The notes: generated by a model not told the origin, from the letters alone. DNA of 64,000 nt from Ignavibacteriales bacterium (GCA_026390595.1 JAPLFQ010000011.1:5340-69339); one strand, 5' to 3'; positions 30,930-40,728 are shown, numbered from the stretch's first letter. Translations and numbers: made by a program.

Positions 30930-32479
30930 AAAGACTGAGCCTCCATTGCTTTCTTGAATGCGACGCGTTTTCGCCAGCGAAACAGGCCATACATGACGAT
31001 AAGCACCGGCGGACCGATGAGGTTGGCATATTTCAGGGCCCGCTTGGTCCCGTCCGCGATCTGATCGAGTGGCGGAGTCGCGACGTTCTTCGAGCGAATT
31101 GTGATCAACCCGGCATCGTCTGCAAGATAGTCGATGATATTGGCAAAGAACGTCAGGTTCCCCTTGTTGCCAAGCATTTCATCTTTCATGAAGTCGCCAT
31201 CACCAGCGACAAGGATGCGCGTCTCCGGGCTTGAGGCGACCGCCGCGGCCGGCTGCTTGCCGACAAAGAAACTCTTGAACGAACCCTCGATGATCGCTGC
31301 GAGCGGAATGCCATTCTCACCCAGATCGGCAGCTGTGTAGCGCTGGAATGGGTCAATCATGAACATCCCGGTCTGGCGACCGCTATGCTTCGAAGATCGG
31401 ACGAGCACCTCGGATTTCAATCCCTTCGATGCCGCTCCACTGGTGTCGACCGAGCTGACAAAATGCAGGATTACTCCCTGCAGATCTTTCACGATCGGAT
31501 TACCGCCATTGAAGTTCGAGGCGACCGGAATGTACGGGAAGGGAACCTGGCTCTGGAAGGTGTAGTCTCCCTGTTGCTGCATCACCGAGATGTTGGCGCA
31601 CTGAGCATCGCGGACGAGATCTGGGTTCACGCCTACGCCGTATTGCTGCAGCATCCCATCCAACCCGATATCCAGAGGCTGGCCCATGCGCATCTGGAGG
31701 TTCGCGTTCACCCGGTTCAGAAGAAACGCGACCTTTCCGCCCCTCATGAGGTACTGATCGATCTGGTACTGCGCGCTGTCCTGCAGCCGACGCTGCGGCG
31801 CGATGACAAGCAGCGCTGCAATGTCCGAAGGGACCGCCTCTCCCTTGCTGAGATCGACCGGGATGAGATCGTACTGCTGCGTTTCGGCCTGGTAGGCCTG
31901 ACGCATGGCGCTCACCTCCGTCTCACCATGCCCGGTGGTGTAACCGACTTTCTTTTTCGCCTTCGATGTGAGGCGCTTCAGTGCGCTGCTGATGTCGTAC
32001 TCCAGCGTACTGAGATTTTGCACCACAGGGAGGACTTCCTTCCTGTCCTCATACAGAAGCAACAGTCCCAGGTAGCCGCGTTTCACCTCAAGCTTGTCCT
32101 CGTTCACCACCTGCACCTGTACCGGCGAGATCCCCTGCTGCTGGGCATCCTGCTCTCCCTTTTCCCCCTGGGGGCTGATGAATTCGAACTGCAGGTTTCC
32201 CCTGGAATATGCCTTGTAATCGTTCAAAATATCGAGGACGGACCGCCGATTGTTGTTGTACGGGGCAGGAAGGTCCTCAGTAAAGAACGCCTTGACCGTG
32301 ACGCGGTCGTCCAGGGATCCGACAATCTTCTTGCTTGCATCAGAGAGTGTGTAGACACCTTGCGACGTCAGGTCCAGTCTTCCGAAAAGCCGGATCGAGA
32401 TGAAATTGAGGACTACCAAGATCCCGAGCACCAAAAGTACGCGGACAAGCAGTTGAGACTTCTTGTTTTTCATAATCAA
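30926..32479 (-). CDS. GldG-like ABC-transport auxiliary protein
   Basis: N- and C-terminal TM anchors and the large periplasmic GldG-type domain pattern. Confidence 0.8.
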   Translation of the reverse strand: MIMKNKKSQLLVRVLLVLGILVVLNFISIRLFGRLDLTSQGVYTLSDASKKIVGSLDDRVTVKAFFTEDLPAPYNNNRRSVLDILNDYKAYSRGNLQFEFISPQGEKGEQDAQQQGISPVQVQVVNEDKLEVKRGYLGLLLLYEDRKEVLPVVQNLSTLEYDISSALKRLTSKAKKKVGYTTGHGETEVSAMRQAYQAETQQYDLIPVDLSKGEAVPSDIAALLVIAPQRRLQDSAQYQIDQYLMRGGKVAFLLNRVNANLQMRMGQPLDIGLDGMLQQYGVGVNPDLVRDAQCANISVMQQQGDYTFQSQVPFPYIPVASNFNGGNPIVKDLQGVILHFVSSVDTSGAASKGLKSEVLVRSSKHSGRQTGMFMIDPFQRYTAADLGENGIPLAAIIEGSFKSFFVGKQPAAAVASSPETRILVAGDGDFMKDEMLGNKGNLTFFANIIDYLADDAGLITIRSKNVATPPLDQIADGTKRALKYANLIGPPVLIVMYGLFRWRKRVAFKKAMEAQSL

Positions 32480-32531
32480 TCAGTTGAGATAATTTCTGTT
32501 TGCCAGTCTCCAGAAGACGATGGATATCGGT

Positions 32532-33278
32532 TTACCACCGCCGCCGGCCGAGCGAGAGAACCGTCAGATACAGCATGAACCCGAGCAGCGATATGAAATA
32601 GATGAGATCCCTCGAATCGATCACACCACGGGCCATATTCGAAAAATGATAATCGATACCCAGAAACTCGATGCTGCCGGCAAGTGACGCTGGAACATAG
32701 ATGAGAATCTTGTCAAGCATGAAGAGAGCGAACACAAACACGAAGCCGATAATAAATGCAATCACCTGATTCTCCGTGAGGCTCGATGCAAACAGGCCAA
32801 TCGCGACATAGACTCCGGCCGTCAGCAGAAGTCCGAAGTACCCACCGATCACGGGTCCGTTGTCGATGTTGCCGATCGACGTTATGGTCAGGTAGTAGAC
32901 GAGTGTCAGGAGAAGCGCCACGCCGATAAGGGCCCACGCGGCAAGAAACTTTCCGAGGACTATCTCCGAATCATGCAGCGGCTTGGTGGTCAGCAGCTCA
33001 ATCGTCCCGCTCTTCTTCTCTTCTGAGATCAATTTCATCGTGATTGCAGGTACGACGAACAGAAATATCAGGGGCACAAGCTCAAACATCAGTCGGAGCG
33101 TGGCGACGTTGGCCAGAAAGAGATTGCTTGTGTGAAACCAGCCGATGATTGCAAGAAACACAACAAGAACCACGTACGCGATCGCTGAATTAAAGTATGA
33201 CTGCAGCTCGCGTCGAAAAATCGTTCGCGTGTTGCGCCACGAAGTCTGGAGTTCGGTTTTGGTCATTGCGGTTACCAA
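32532..33278 (-). CDS. ABC-2 permease, GldF-like
   Basis: Six-TM ABC-2 profile within the ATPase-permease-GldG gene order. Confidence 0.8.
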   Translation of the reverse strand: MVTAMTKTELQTSWRNTRTIFRRELQSYFNSAIAYVVLVVFLAIIGWFHTSNLFLANVATLRLMFELVPLIFLFVVPAITMKLISEEKKSGTIELLTTKPLHDSEIVLGKFLAAWALIGVALLLTLVYYLTITSIGNIDNGPVIGGYFGLLLTAGVYVAIGLFASSLTENQVIAFIIGFVFVFALFMLDKILIYVPASLAGSIEFLGIDYHFSNMARGVIDSRDLIYFISLLGFMLYLTVLSLGRRRW

Positions 33279-33296
33279 GGTAGCACTTACGGTTTT

Positions 33297-33425
33297 GAGT
33301 TTGGAGTTTGGAGCTTCAGTTTCCAGGTTTCAAGTCCATGGTTGCAGGTTTTTTTCGATTCACTACTCACGGTTCACGAATCACGGCTCACTTTTCCCGT
33401 CTCACGTCTCCCGCCTTACGTCTTC
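33297..33425. repeat. heptamer-phased word array (GAGTTTG... then TCACGGT TCACGAA TCACGGC TCACTTT TCCCGTC TCACGTC TCCCGCC TTACGTC)
   Basis: Eight consecutive in-phase 7-mers at 33367-33422. The last 24 nt encode the C-terminus of the ABC ATPase. Confidence 0.7.
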
Positions 33426-34367
33426 TGTTTGTGTCAGCTTATGGAACACTTCTTCCAGGCTCGTCCCTTTTCGCGACATCTCCAGCAACACCCACTGCTG
33501 GGCGACCGCCTGTCTGAACAACTCTTCGCGCACGTCGTTCCCCTTGGCGACCCCAACGGAGAACCGATGCAGGTTGTCTGCGCCACCGCTGTATTCAACA
33601 GACTCTACACCTTCGATCGATTTCAGTTTCGGAAGCAACTCAGCCATCGGATCGGCCACCGCCGCCTTGATTTCGATCATCACGGATTCGGAACCGTGGA
33701 ATTTTTCCCTAAGCTCCGACGGCGTCCCGTCCGCGACGATCGACCCCTCATTCACGATGATGACACGATCGCACGTTGCCTGCACCTCAGAGAGAATATG
33801 TGTCGAGAGAATGACTGTCTTTGCCCGCCCCAGTTGCTTGATGAGATTACGGATCTCGACGATCTGGTTGGGATCGAGTCCGCTGGTCGGTTCATCCAGA
33901 ATTAACACCTCCGGTTCATGGATCATCGCCTGTGCAAGACCCACACGCTGCCGGTATCCTTTCGAGAGTTCACCGATGTCTTTGTGACGGACGTCTTTCA
34001 ATCCGCACACCTCGACCATATGTGCGAGCTGCTGCCGCGTCCTTCCCTTGTCAAGACCGTGCAGTTGCGCAGCATACTCGAGATACGCCACCACGTTCAT
34101 GTCCAGGTACAACGGGTTCAATTCAGGCAGATAGCCGATCTTCCGCCTCACCTCGAGCGAATGGTCCGCTATCGAATAGCCATCGACGTCCACCGTGCCG
34201 GACGTTGGCGGCATGTAGCAGGTGATGATCTTCATCGTCGTCGTTTTCCCCGCCCCGTTCGGACCGAGGAATCCGAGGATTTCGCCTGTCTTCACATCGA
34301 ACGAGATATCGTCGATGGCCGGCTCTTGACCATAGTACTTCGTAAGATTGCGAACTGTAATTGCCAT
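33402..34367 (-). CDS. ABC transporter ATP-binding protein, GldA-like
   Basis: GPNGAGKTT, LSKGYRQR and LILDEPTSGLD. Confidence 0.9.
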   Translation of the reverse strand: MAITVRNLTKYYGQEPAIDDISFDVKTGEILGFLGPNGAGKTTTMKIITCYMPPTSGTVDVDGYSIADHSLEVRRKIGYLPELNPLYLDMNVVAYLEYAAQLHGLDKGRTRQQLAHMVEVCGLKDVRHKDIGELSKGYRQRVGLAQAMIHEPEVLILDEPTSGLDPNQIVEIRNLIKQLGRAKTVILSTHILSEVQATCDRVIIVNEGSIVADGTPSELREKFHGSESVMIEIKAAVADPMAELLPKLKSIEGVESVEYSGGADNLHRFSVGVAKGNDVREELFRQAVAQQWVLLEMSRKGTSLEEVFHKLTQTEDVRRET

Positions 34368-34525
34368 GGGCGTTGTGCGTGTGTGTAGTGAAACGGATTA
34401 AAGAAGACTGCAGACCTCACAATGTGCTGTTCCGTAACAGCGGCGATGCAAGTGTATCAAGAAAGAGGAAAGAAATCAAGGACTGCAGGAACCGGCAGCA
34501 TTAAAAATTCTCCATCATCCCGGAC

Positions 34526-36841
34526 CTATTTCGCCGAAGGTGCGCTGGGTCTTGCCGCCTCCGCGGCTATCGTCAGCATCAGTTGTGTAGCGTTGCGCAC
34601 GAGATTTGCGTCGAGTTTGTCGGAGGTATCCGAGGACTTATGATAGAACGGATCAAAACCTCCCCAAATTTCCATCGCGGTCCCTTCTGATAGGTCGATA
34701 GCCGAATACCCCTGGCGTATGAACGACTCGTGATCACTTCCGCCCATAGCTGCCGTATGTGCATCGAGGATGAATCCGAGAGCGTAGCGACCATTGAAGA
34801 GAAGTGTCGAATCCATCAGGGGTGTCCATTCTTTCCCCGTGCTCACCGCAATTCGGTTTGGATCACCCAGGACCGGGTAACCAATCATGTCGGCGTTGAC
34901 AACAGTCACGATATTGCGTCCATTCCTTCTTGCATCCTGCGCATAGATGCCGCTTCCTACCAGTCCCCTCTCCTCGGCAGCCGCAGCAAGAAACCGAATC
35001 GTACGTTCGAACTTGTATCGGCTGCAAATTCGCGCAACTTCCAGCACTGCCGCCGTCCCACTCGCATTGTCATTCGCACCCGGGACATCACTGTGTGCCG
35101 AGTCATAGTGCCCTACGAGAATCACCTCACCCGCATACGGATTTGATCCCTTGAGTGTCGCGCAGAGATTCCGGGAACGAAGCGGAGCAAAAGTACTTAG
35201 CTTTGACGAAAGTGATTTCCAAGTGTTCCCCCGATCGTGACTGATGAGCAACTCTCCATTCACACCGGAACCGAGGGCTACATTTCCGTTCCCGCTGCTG
35301 AGTTTCCGTATCGGCTGGAGCTCTTTTCGTGCTTCCGCCCAGTGTCGGCCACCGTCGCTGGTCTCAATAGGATGGCTGGAAATGCCTGCATCGGTAATCC
35401 ACCCTTTTTGCGCGGTCGCGAAGAGCATGCCCGAAGGACGCAATTCATTCCTTTCAATCCGAGACCATTTCCATGTTCTCCCGCCATCATTCGTCCTGAG
35501 CAAGATTGCATTGTCACTGAGAAGCATTCCTCGTTCTCGGTCGAGGAACTGAATGTGAAACAGATTGCACGAGATACCCAAAAGAACTTGCGACCACGTT
35601 TTCCCCCCATCTGATGAGTGCAGCAACACTCCGCCTGAGCCGATAACCCACAAGTTCTTGGAGTTCAACGCTTCAATACCATGCAGATTTGCTACGCTTG
35701 GAGTACGAACACGTTGCCACCGGTTTCCGCCGTTCTCCGTCCTCAGAATGATCCCATTGTTTCCAACCACGATTGCTTCCTGAGGAGAGAGGCACCGAAT
35801 ATCGGAAAACCACGTGACAGTGTCTGGCCGTTGGACGATCCACGATTGGCCTCCATCGGTCGTACGAAGGATCCGATTCATCGCGCTGATCGCGAAGCCG
35901 ATGCGGTCATCGAAGAATGCAAGGCGTAGGAACGGTTCCCTGCCAGTATAGCGACACTTCCATGATCCTCCTCCATCGGTCGAGCTGAACAGCTCACCCT
36001 GGTAGTCGGAGCAGAACAACGTGCGGTCGTTCACTACTTGCACATGCCAAAATGTTCGCGAGACTTCGCCGAACCTGAGCGACTCGACGTCAAGACCATA
36101 CCCTTTGAATTTCCTGATGATCAATTCTGCAGCAGAGTCCTCCTGCGGCGAATATTCTACTCTCGTACCAAATTTCTCGAGTTGGCGGATGTTGCCGAGG
36201 AGAGAGTCCGATGAGACAGAACGTATCATGTTCTTTATCATGATGTTTGGCTGACCCGCCGGGGTCGAAGTGATTCGCTCTACTCGCCTTCGTTGCGCCG
36301 CATCCTGAATGGGTTGCAGCCTGAACCTTTTGCGCATAAGTTGTCGGGCATCCCGCTGTGAAACCTCGACGCGATACGTATTCTGAGTGTGCTGAAGAAC
36401 TTTCAGCTTCGGGGCGATTTTGTGGACATCCTCAATCGTCCGCCCCTGGAAGAGCCCGAGCGTCGCAAGAGTGATCTCATCTTCTCCGCGGAAGTTTTCA
36501 TAGGTGGGGTACAAGGCATATGCCGCCGCGAGAAATCCGAACACGTACCTGAGTGCCTTCGTCCACGAAATCCCCGGAATCCTCGGGTAGAGGCTTTTTG
36601 CGAAACCCCAACCGATGAGGGAAAGACCGACGCCGATTGCAACGAGAACAAACCGTGGCGATTCCATTCCGATCTTAGCCCGAGAGATGATTCTGAACAC
36701 AAAGACCCATACGACAATCACTTCAGCGAGAATCGCCACAGCGAAGATCTTCTTCACGAGATCCATTGAAATTGATTTCGTCTCTGGCTCAGGAAGGGAC
36801 CCTGTATTCGGGCGTTCGGAATTGTCGGTCGGCATACTCAT
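34526..36841 (-). CDS. membrane-anchored BNR/Ycf48-like beta-propeller fused to an M28 aminopeptidase
   Basis: N-terminal TMs; at least 5 BNR motifs (TDGGQSW, SDGGKTW, NDGGRTW, SDGGRHW, HDRGNTW); M28 motifs HYDS...GANDNASG and AAEERGLVGS. Confidence 0.8.
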   Translation of the reverse strand: MSMPTDNSERPNTGSLPEPETKSISMDLVKKIFAVAILAEVIVVWVFVFRIISRAKIGMESPRFVLVAIGVGLSLIGWGFAKSLYPRIPGISWTKALRYVFGFLAAAYALYPTYENFRGEDEITLATLGLFQGRTIEDVHKIAPKLKVLQHTQNTYRVEVSQRDARQLMRKRFRLQPIQDAAQRRRVERITSTPAGQPNIMIKNMIRSVSSDSLLGNIRQLEKFGTRVEYSPQEDSAAELIIRKFKGYGLDVESLRFGEVSRTFWHVQVVNDRTLFCSDYQGELFSSTDGGGSWKCRYTGREPFLRLAFFDDRIGFAISAMNRILRTTDGGQSWIVQRPDTVTWFSDIRCLSPQEAIVVGNNGIILRTENGGNRWQRVRTPSVANLHGIEALNSKNLWVIGSGGVLLHSSDGGKTWSQVLLGISCNLFHIQFLDRERGMLLSDNAILLRTNDGGRTWKWSRIERNELRPSGMLFATAQKGWITDAGISSHPIETSDGGRHWAEARKELQPIRKLSSGNGNVALGSGVNGELLISHDRGNTWKSLSSKLSTFAPLRSRNLCATLKGSNPYAGEVILVGHYDSAHSDVPGANDNASGTAAVLEVARICSRYKFERTIRFLAAAAEERGLVGSGIYAQDARRNGRNIVTVVNADMIGYPVLGDPNRIAVSTGKEWTPLMDSTLLFNGRYALGFILDAHTAAMGGSDHESFIRQGYSAIDLSEGTAMEIWGGFDPFYHKSSDTSDKLDANLVRNATQLMLTIAAEAARPSAPSAK

Positions 36842-37008
36842 GCTCCGGAGAGAATTCGAGATGAACCATCACGGTGTGATATCTTCAGACCGGTGGAAGA
36901 GAACCGGCTGAGACATCAGGTTGAGTTGAGGGGGATTGAACAGAAGCTACTGCATTGTAGCTGCAATATCAACGCTAACAGGAGAGTGGGAATCAGGCGA
37001 TGGTGTAG

Positions 37009-38109
37009 CTAGAAGATTTCCATCTGTGCATCGGCAGGTGAACGAAACTGGTCTGTCGAAAGTGACGCCTTCGCGTCGTTCAGGTGCAGCCGCTTGCAGA
37101 CTGTGTGGAACAGCTGCCCAATGGCCTCGGCAATTTGTCCCTCGCCCCTGAGCCGTTCGCCGAAGTCGGAGCATGAGAGGTTTCCGTTGCGGATGTCGCG
37201 TATGCGGTTAACAATTGCCGGAGCACGCTCGGGCATTTCCCGCTGCAGCCAATCGATGAACAGGTCCTTCACGGCATTGGGAAGCCGTACCATGGTAGAG
37301 CTGGCATACCTCGCCCCGCGGCGTGCGGCTTCCTGCACGATTGATGGAATCTCAGTGTCGTTCAAACCAGGGATGATCGGACACACGTTTACTCCGACAG
37401 GGATACCTGCCGTGGCAAGCATCTCGACCGTTTCAAGCCTCTTCGCCGGCGTGGATGTCCGCGGTTCCATCCGCCGGATGAGATCATGGTTGAGAGACGT
37501 GATACTGAGTGTGACAAGGACGAGATTGAGCGACGCGAGTTGTTTCAGGATATCGATATCACGCTGGACGAGCGCGTTCTTCGTGACGATCGAGACCGGA
37601 TTGCGGTATTGAAGAAAGACTTCAAGACATTTTCGCGTGAGTCCGAGTTTTCGCTCAATGGGCTGGTAACAATCGGTATCCCCGGACATCATGACGATTT
37701 GCGGCTTCCAGTTCCGGTTTCGGAATTGCTTTTCCAGGAGCACATGCGCATCGTGCTTGACCATGATCTTGGTCTCGAAGTCCAATCCTGAAGAGAAACC
37801 GAGATATTCGTGCGTCGGGCGCGCGTAACAATAGATACAACCACGCTCGCACCCGCGGTATGGATTCAGGCTGTACGTGAACGGGATATCGGGACTATCG
37901 TTTTTCGCGAGGATGGACTTTGTGTGATCGCTGTAGAATTTGGTGAGGACGTCTCGATCGGGCTCGGGATCTATGAAATACTGAGCCAGATCTTCCCCTA
38001 CTTTATCAACGGTGACGGATTCAAACCGGTTCGGAGGATTAAAACCCGCACCGCGTCCCTTTTTCATTTCTTCCCGTCTCACAATGCCTTCCTCTCGGGT
38101 TTGTTTCAC
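37009..38109 (-). CDS. radical SAM enzyme, PA0069 family (COG1533 SplB / DNA-repair-photolyase-like)
   Basis: KGRGAGFNPPNRFE N-terminus and a CERGCIYCY (CxxxCxxC) cluster. The start may be ATG 38067. Confidence 0.85.
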   Translation of the reverse strand: MKQTREEGIVRREEMKKGRGAGFNPPNRFESVTVDKVGEDLAQYFIDPEPDRDVLTKFYSDHTKSILAKNDSPDIPFTYSLNPYRGCERGCIYCYARPTHEYLGFSSGLDFETKIMVKHDAHVLLEKQFRNRNWKPQIVMMSGDTDCYQPIERKLGLTRKCLEVFLQYRNPVSIVTKNALVQRDIDILKQLASLNLVLVTLSITSLNHDLIRRMEPRTSTPAKRLETVEMLATAGIPVGVNVCPIIPGLNDTEIPSIVQEAARRGARYASSTMVRLPNAVKDLFIDWLQREMPERAPAIVNRIRDIRNGNLSCSDFGERLRGEGQIAEAIGQLFHTVCKRLHLNDAKASLSTDQFRSPADAQMEIF

Positions 38110-38110
38110 T

Positions 38111-38211
38111 CATGAATGGCACACTGATGACGCAGAAAATACACAAGATTGTCACTGATTGATGATCAGTGATCATCCTGTATCATCAGTGTCATCTGTG
38201 TGCTATTCATG
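38111..38211. repeat. ~100-nt imperfect palindrome (CATGAATGGCACAC...GTGTGCTATTCATG)
   Basis: The outer 14 nt pair with 1 mismatch and the inner arms pair imperfectly. Fills the rSAM-PolB spacer. Confidence 0.7.
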
Positions 38212-38276
38212 AAAATGACCACTCTCGGTTGATAAACTCCAAATTCTGAAAGTCTTGTCCGACCTATGGCACCTTC

Positions 38277-40607
38277 CTAGTTTCCCACCCGCATGTGCAA
38301 CAGCGGAATCTGTTTGGCCAAGGCCTCCGCACGCGCATGCAGCAGACGGCCACGCTTCGATGTTATCTTCTGTACCGGAGGCGTAAGGCCGAGTTCGTCC
38401 TTGAGCGTCTGCACATCGTACCCGAACGGAAAGAGCAGTGTCTCCGCCGCCTTCAACGCAAACTCCGTGTACTGTTCGATGTCGTACCCATCCTCGAACG
38501 CATACAGCGCGAGCGGCTTTGCTTTCTCCGGCTTCTTTTTCCCCGATTGATCGAGGATAATAAACTCGATCGATTCGCCGGCCGCGAGCGATACCCCCAT
38601 TCCCTGCACCAGCTTCGCGACAACGGCACTGAGGCTGTTGTTCGTGTACTCATCCGCCTCCTTGGTGATGTGACGGCGGAGAACCAACTCCATCGGGTTC
38701 GCCTTCCCGCTGCGTAGCACAGCAACGGCATTCCGTACAATCTCCACGAGATCGGGAACAAGCCCCCGTAGATCTTCAACGTTGTGCGCGCCAGACATCC
38801 GGTTCAGCATTGCCGTTTGCATGGTTTTGATAAACTTCGGTGTGTCGCGGCGTCGGGCTTCGATGCCACGGATCTTGATCTCGTCGTGGTGATACCACCC
38901 GACGTACCGGTTCGCCGTGGTGATCTCGGGATCGATTTTCGATGCGGGAAAGAGAATCCAGTTGTACATCCCCTCTAATGAAATATCGATACCCACTCTG
39001 CGGGAAATCGTACGGGCAAGCTCTTCGCACTCCTGTTCGGTCGCCCCCTCTTTCTTGATCCAGACACAATCGATGATGGCGTGAAGGAGATGAAACCCAT
39101 GCTCCTCGGCAATTTCTTTTGCCATCAGGATTGCGTCGCGGGAAAACGCGTTGACCGACTCGTGCGCCTCGATCTTCCCGAACCGTGCGTTCTTGTAGCC
39201 AAGATAGCCAAAGCAGCTGACGAGCATCCACTTCAGGGCGTTCTGGCGGCGGTCGTACTTCCGGAACAACACATCGTCCTTCCCCTTGTATTTCTTTTTC
39301 ATCGCCTTGTAGTACGCACGTTTCTCTACAACCGCCTTGAGCGTTGCAGGCACTATGCCTACGCGTTTTTCGCAAATCGAGTAGCCAAGCTCCGGCACCT
39401 TTTCGTTCTTGCAGCACCGGCAGTTCACCGTCTCCGGTGAAACGTTGTGTGTCACCATGATCGTCGGATACATCGATACAAAATCGAGTTCCGCCACCTC
39501 TTCATGATAGCCGAGCGGCGGGTTGAAGATGAGTCCACCCCGATCGGCCAGCAGGAGCGTTGCAGCCGATTTGAAATCTTCCGGCTCACGTTTTTTCGAC
39601 GGAATCAGGATATTGTGCTGGTACGCCCACGATAGCTGGAGTGACGACATCGACGTACCGATGCTTGCCCGCCCCTGCCGCTGGCCGCACATTTGCGTCA
39701 GGCGCGCCATCTCGAACAGGCCGTCCAGGTCCGCTTCGGCAACCGTCATCGAGTTGGTGGCATCCACATGCCATCGCCCGGCAAGCTCAAATGCACCATC
39801 TTTGTGGACAACCTTGCCGTACTGAAAGAAGCTCGATTCCTTCGTCGTTACATATCCCGCATCCTGATCGCGATTCAGCAGCAGCGGTACCTTGTGCTGT
39901 TGTGCCAGCGCTGTCAATTGCGGCATCAGGACTGCATCGCCGTAATCGGTCAGAATAATATCCGGATCGTACCGGTGCAGATGCCAGTTCAGCGATTCCA
40001 GAACCTCCTCTCCTGTTTCCTGTTCGAGCACATACGTGCGGTCCTCGTACGTCACCTCGAGCTGGAGACGCTTCTGGTACTTCGGCGGAACAAAATCGTT
40101 TCCGTTCCGGAGCAGCAGGATGGAAAACGGCGGGAGTGCATACTCCGTTGCTTCGCGTGAATCGCGCAGCCTCCACTCGATGAGTTCCTCCTGCTCATCG
40201 ATCTCATACTCGCCGAAGCCGAGCGGAAAGAGCGTCGTCGCGTATAAAAAAAGCTGCGGGACAAGGATATCGGAATTGAAGAACGCGAAGTGCGGAAAGA
40301 AGCGCTCGTAGTACCACACAACCTCGCGGAAACGCGTCGTGTCGTGTACGTGAATTTCGAGCACGTCGAGCAGCTCGCCGGAATAGATTTCTGTCTTCGT
40401 CGTGCGTGTGACCGTGACGGGAACCGGACAGCGCTCGGCAAGTACCTCGGCACGCCGGGCATCGGATGTGTTCAGGTGAAGAAAAAAGGAGGGCGTGAAC
40501 CTTCGAAAACAGCGGTGCTTCCCGCCGTTCTCATCGATGAACCAGAGCGTGATGCCCCGGGACGAAGGATAACAATCGAATAACCAACCGGTGAGTGTGT
40601 GGGGCAT
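38277..40607 (-). CDS. family-B DNA polymerase, exonuclease-inactivated, non-canonical motif C
   Basis: Motif A DFVSMYPT; motif B KWMLVSCFGYLGY; motif C HAIIDCVW in place of Y-x-DTD-G/S; RRRDTP and KxY-type regions present. Exo I (LLLRN for FDIE) and Exo II (YGDAVL for NGDNFD) lack the acidic residues. Confidence 0.9.
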   Translation of the reverse strand: MPHTLTGWLFDCYPSSRGITLWFIDENGGKHRCFRRFTPSFFLHLNTSDARRAEVLAERCPVPVTVTRTTKTEIYSGELLDVLEIHVHDTTRFREVVWYYERFFPHFAFFNSDILVPQLFLYATTLFPLGFGEYEIDEQEELIEWRLRDSREATEYALPPFSILLLRNGNDFVPPKYQKRLQLEVTYEDRTYVLEQETGEEVLESLNWHLHRYDPDIILTDYGDAVLMPQLTALAQQHKVPLLLNRDQDAGYVTTKESSFFQYGKVVHKDGAFELAGRWHVDATNSMTVAEADLDGLFEMARLTQMCGQRQGRASIGTSMSSLQLSWAYQHNILIPSKKREPEDFKSAATLLLADRGGLIFNPPLGYHEEVAELDFVSMYPTIMVTHNVSPETVNCRCCKNEKVPELGYSICEKRVGIVPATLKAVVEKRAYYKAMKKKYKGKDDVLFRKYDRRQNALKWMLVSCFGYLGYKNARFGKIEAHESVNAFSRDAILMAKEIAEEHGFHLLHAIIDCVWIKKEGATEQECEELARTISRRVGIDISLEGMYNWILFPASKIDPEITTANRYVGWYHHDEIKIRGIEARRRDTPKFIKTMQTAMLNRMSGAHNVEDLRGLVPDLVEIVRNAVAVLRSGKANPMELVLRRHITKEADEYTNNSLSAVVAKLVQGMGVSLAAGESIEFIILDQSGKKKPEKAKPLALYAFEDGYDIEQYTEFALKAAETLLFPFGYDVQTLKDELGLTPPVQKITSKRGRLLHARAEALAKQIPLLHMRVGN

Positions 40608-40632
40608 AAATTCAGCGGGATGATGAAAAATA

Positions 40633-40728
40633 AACCGCCAAGCACGCCAAGAACCGCAAAGAATAGATAGGGGTATTTCTGCAGGTCAACACTCCAACTA
40701 CCTAGCGTTCTTGGCGGACTTTGCGGTT
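40633..40728. repeat. word-type inverted repeat (AACCGCCAAG/GCCAAGAACCGCAAAG vs CGTTCTTGGCGGACTTTGCGGTT)
   Basis: Read directly in the spacer between PolB and the 91-aa gene. Confidence 0.55.

Noticed and set aside
38277-40607. PolB as the marker of a self-replicating mobile element (pipolin, casposon or protein-primed plasmid/virus)
   Set aside because: No integrase, Cas1, terminal protein or terminal inverted repeats are nearby. The motif pattern (archaeal/Pol II-like N-terminal domain, RRRDTP, KxY region) is of the primer-dependent type. The proofreading residues, which piPolB and protein-primed PolBs normally keep, are absent.
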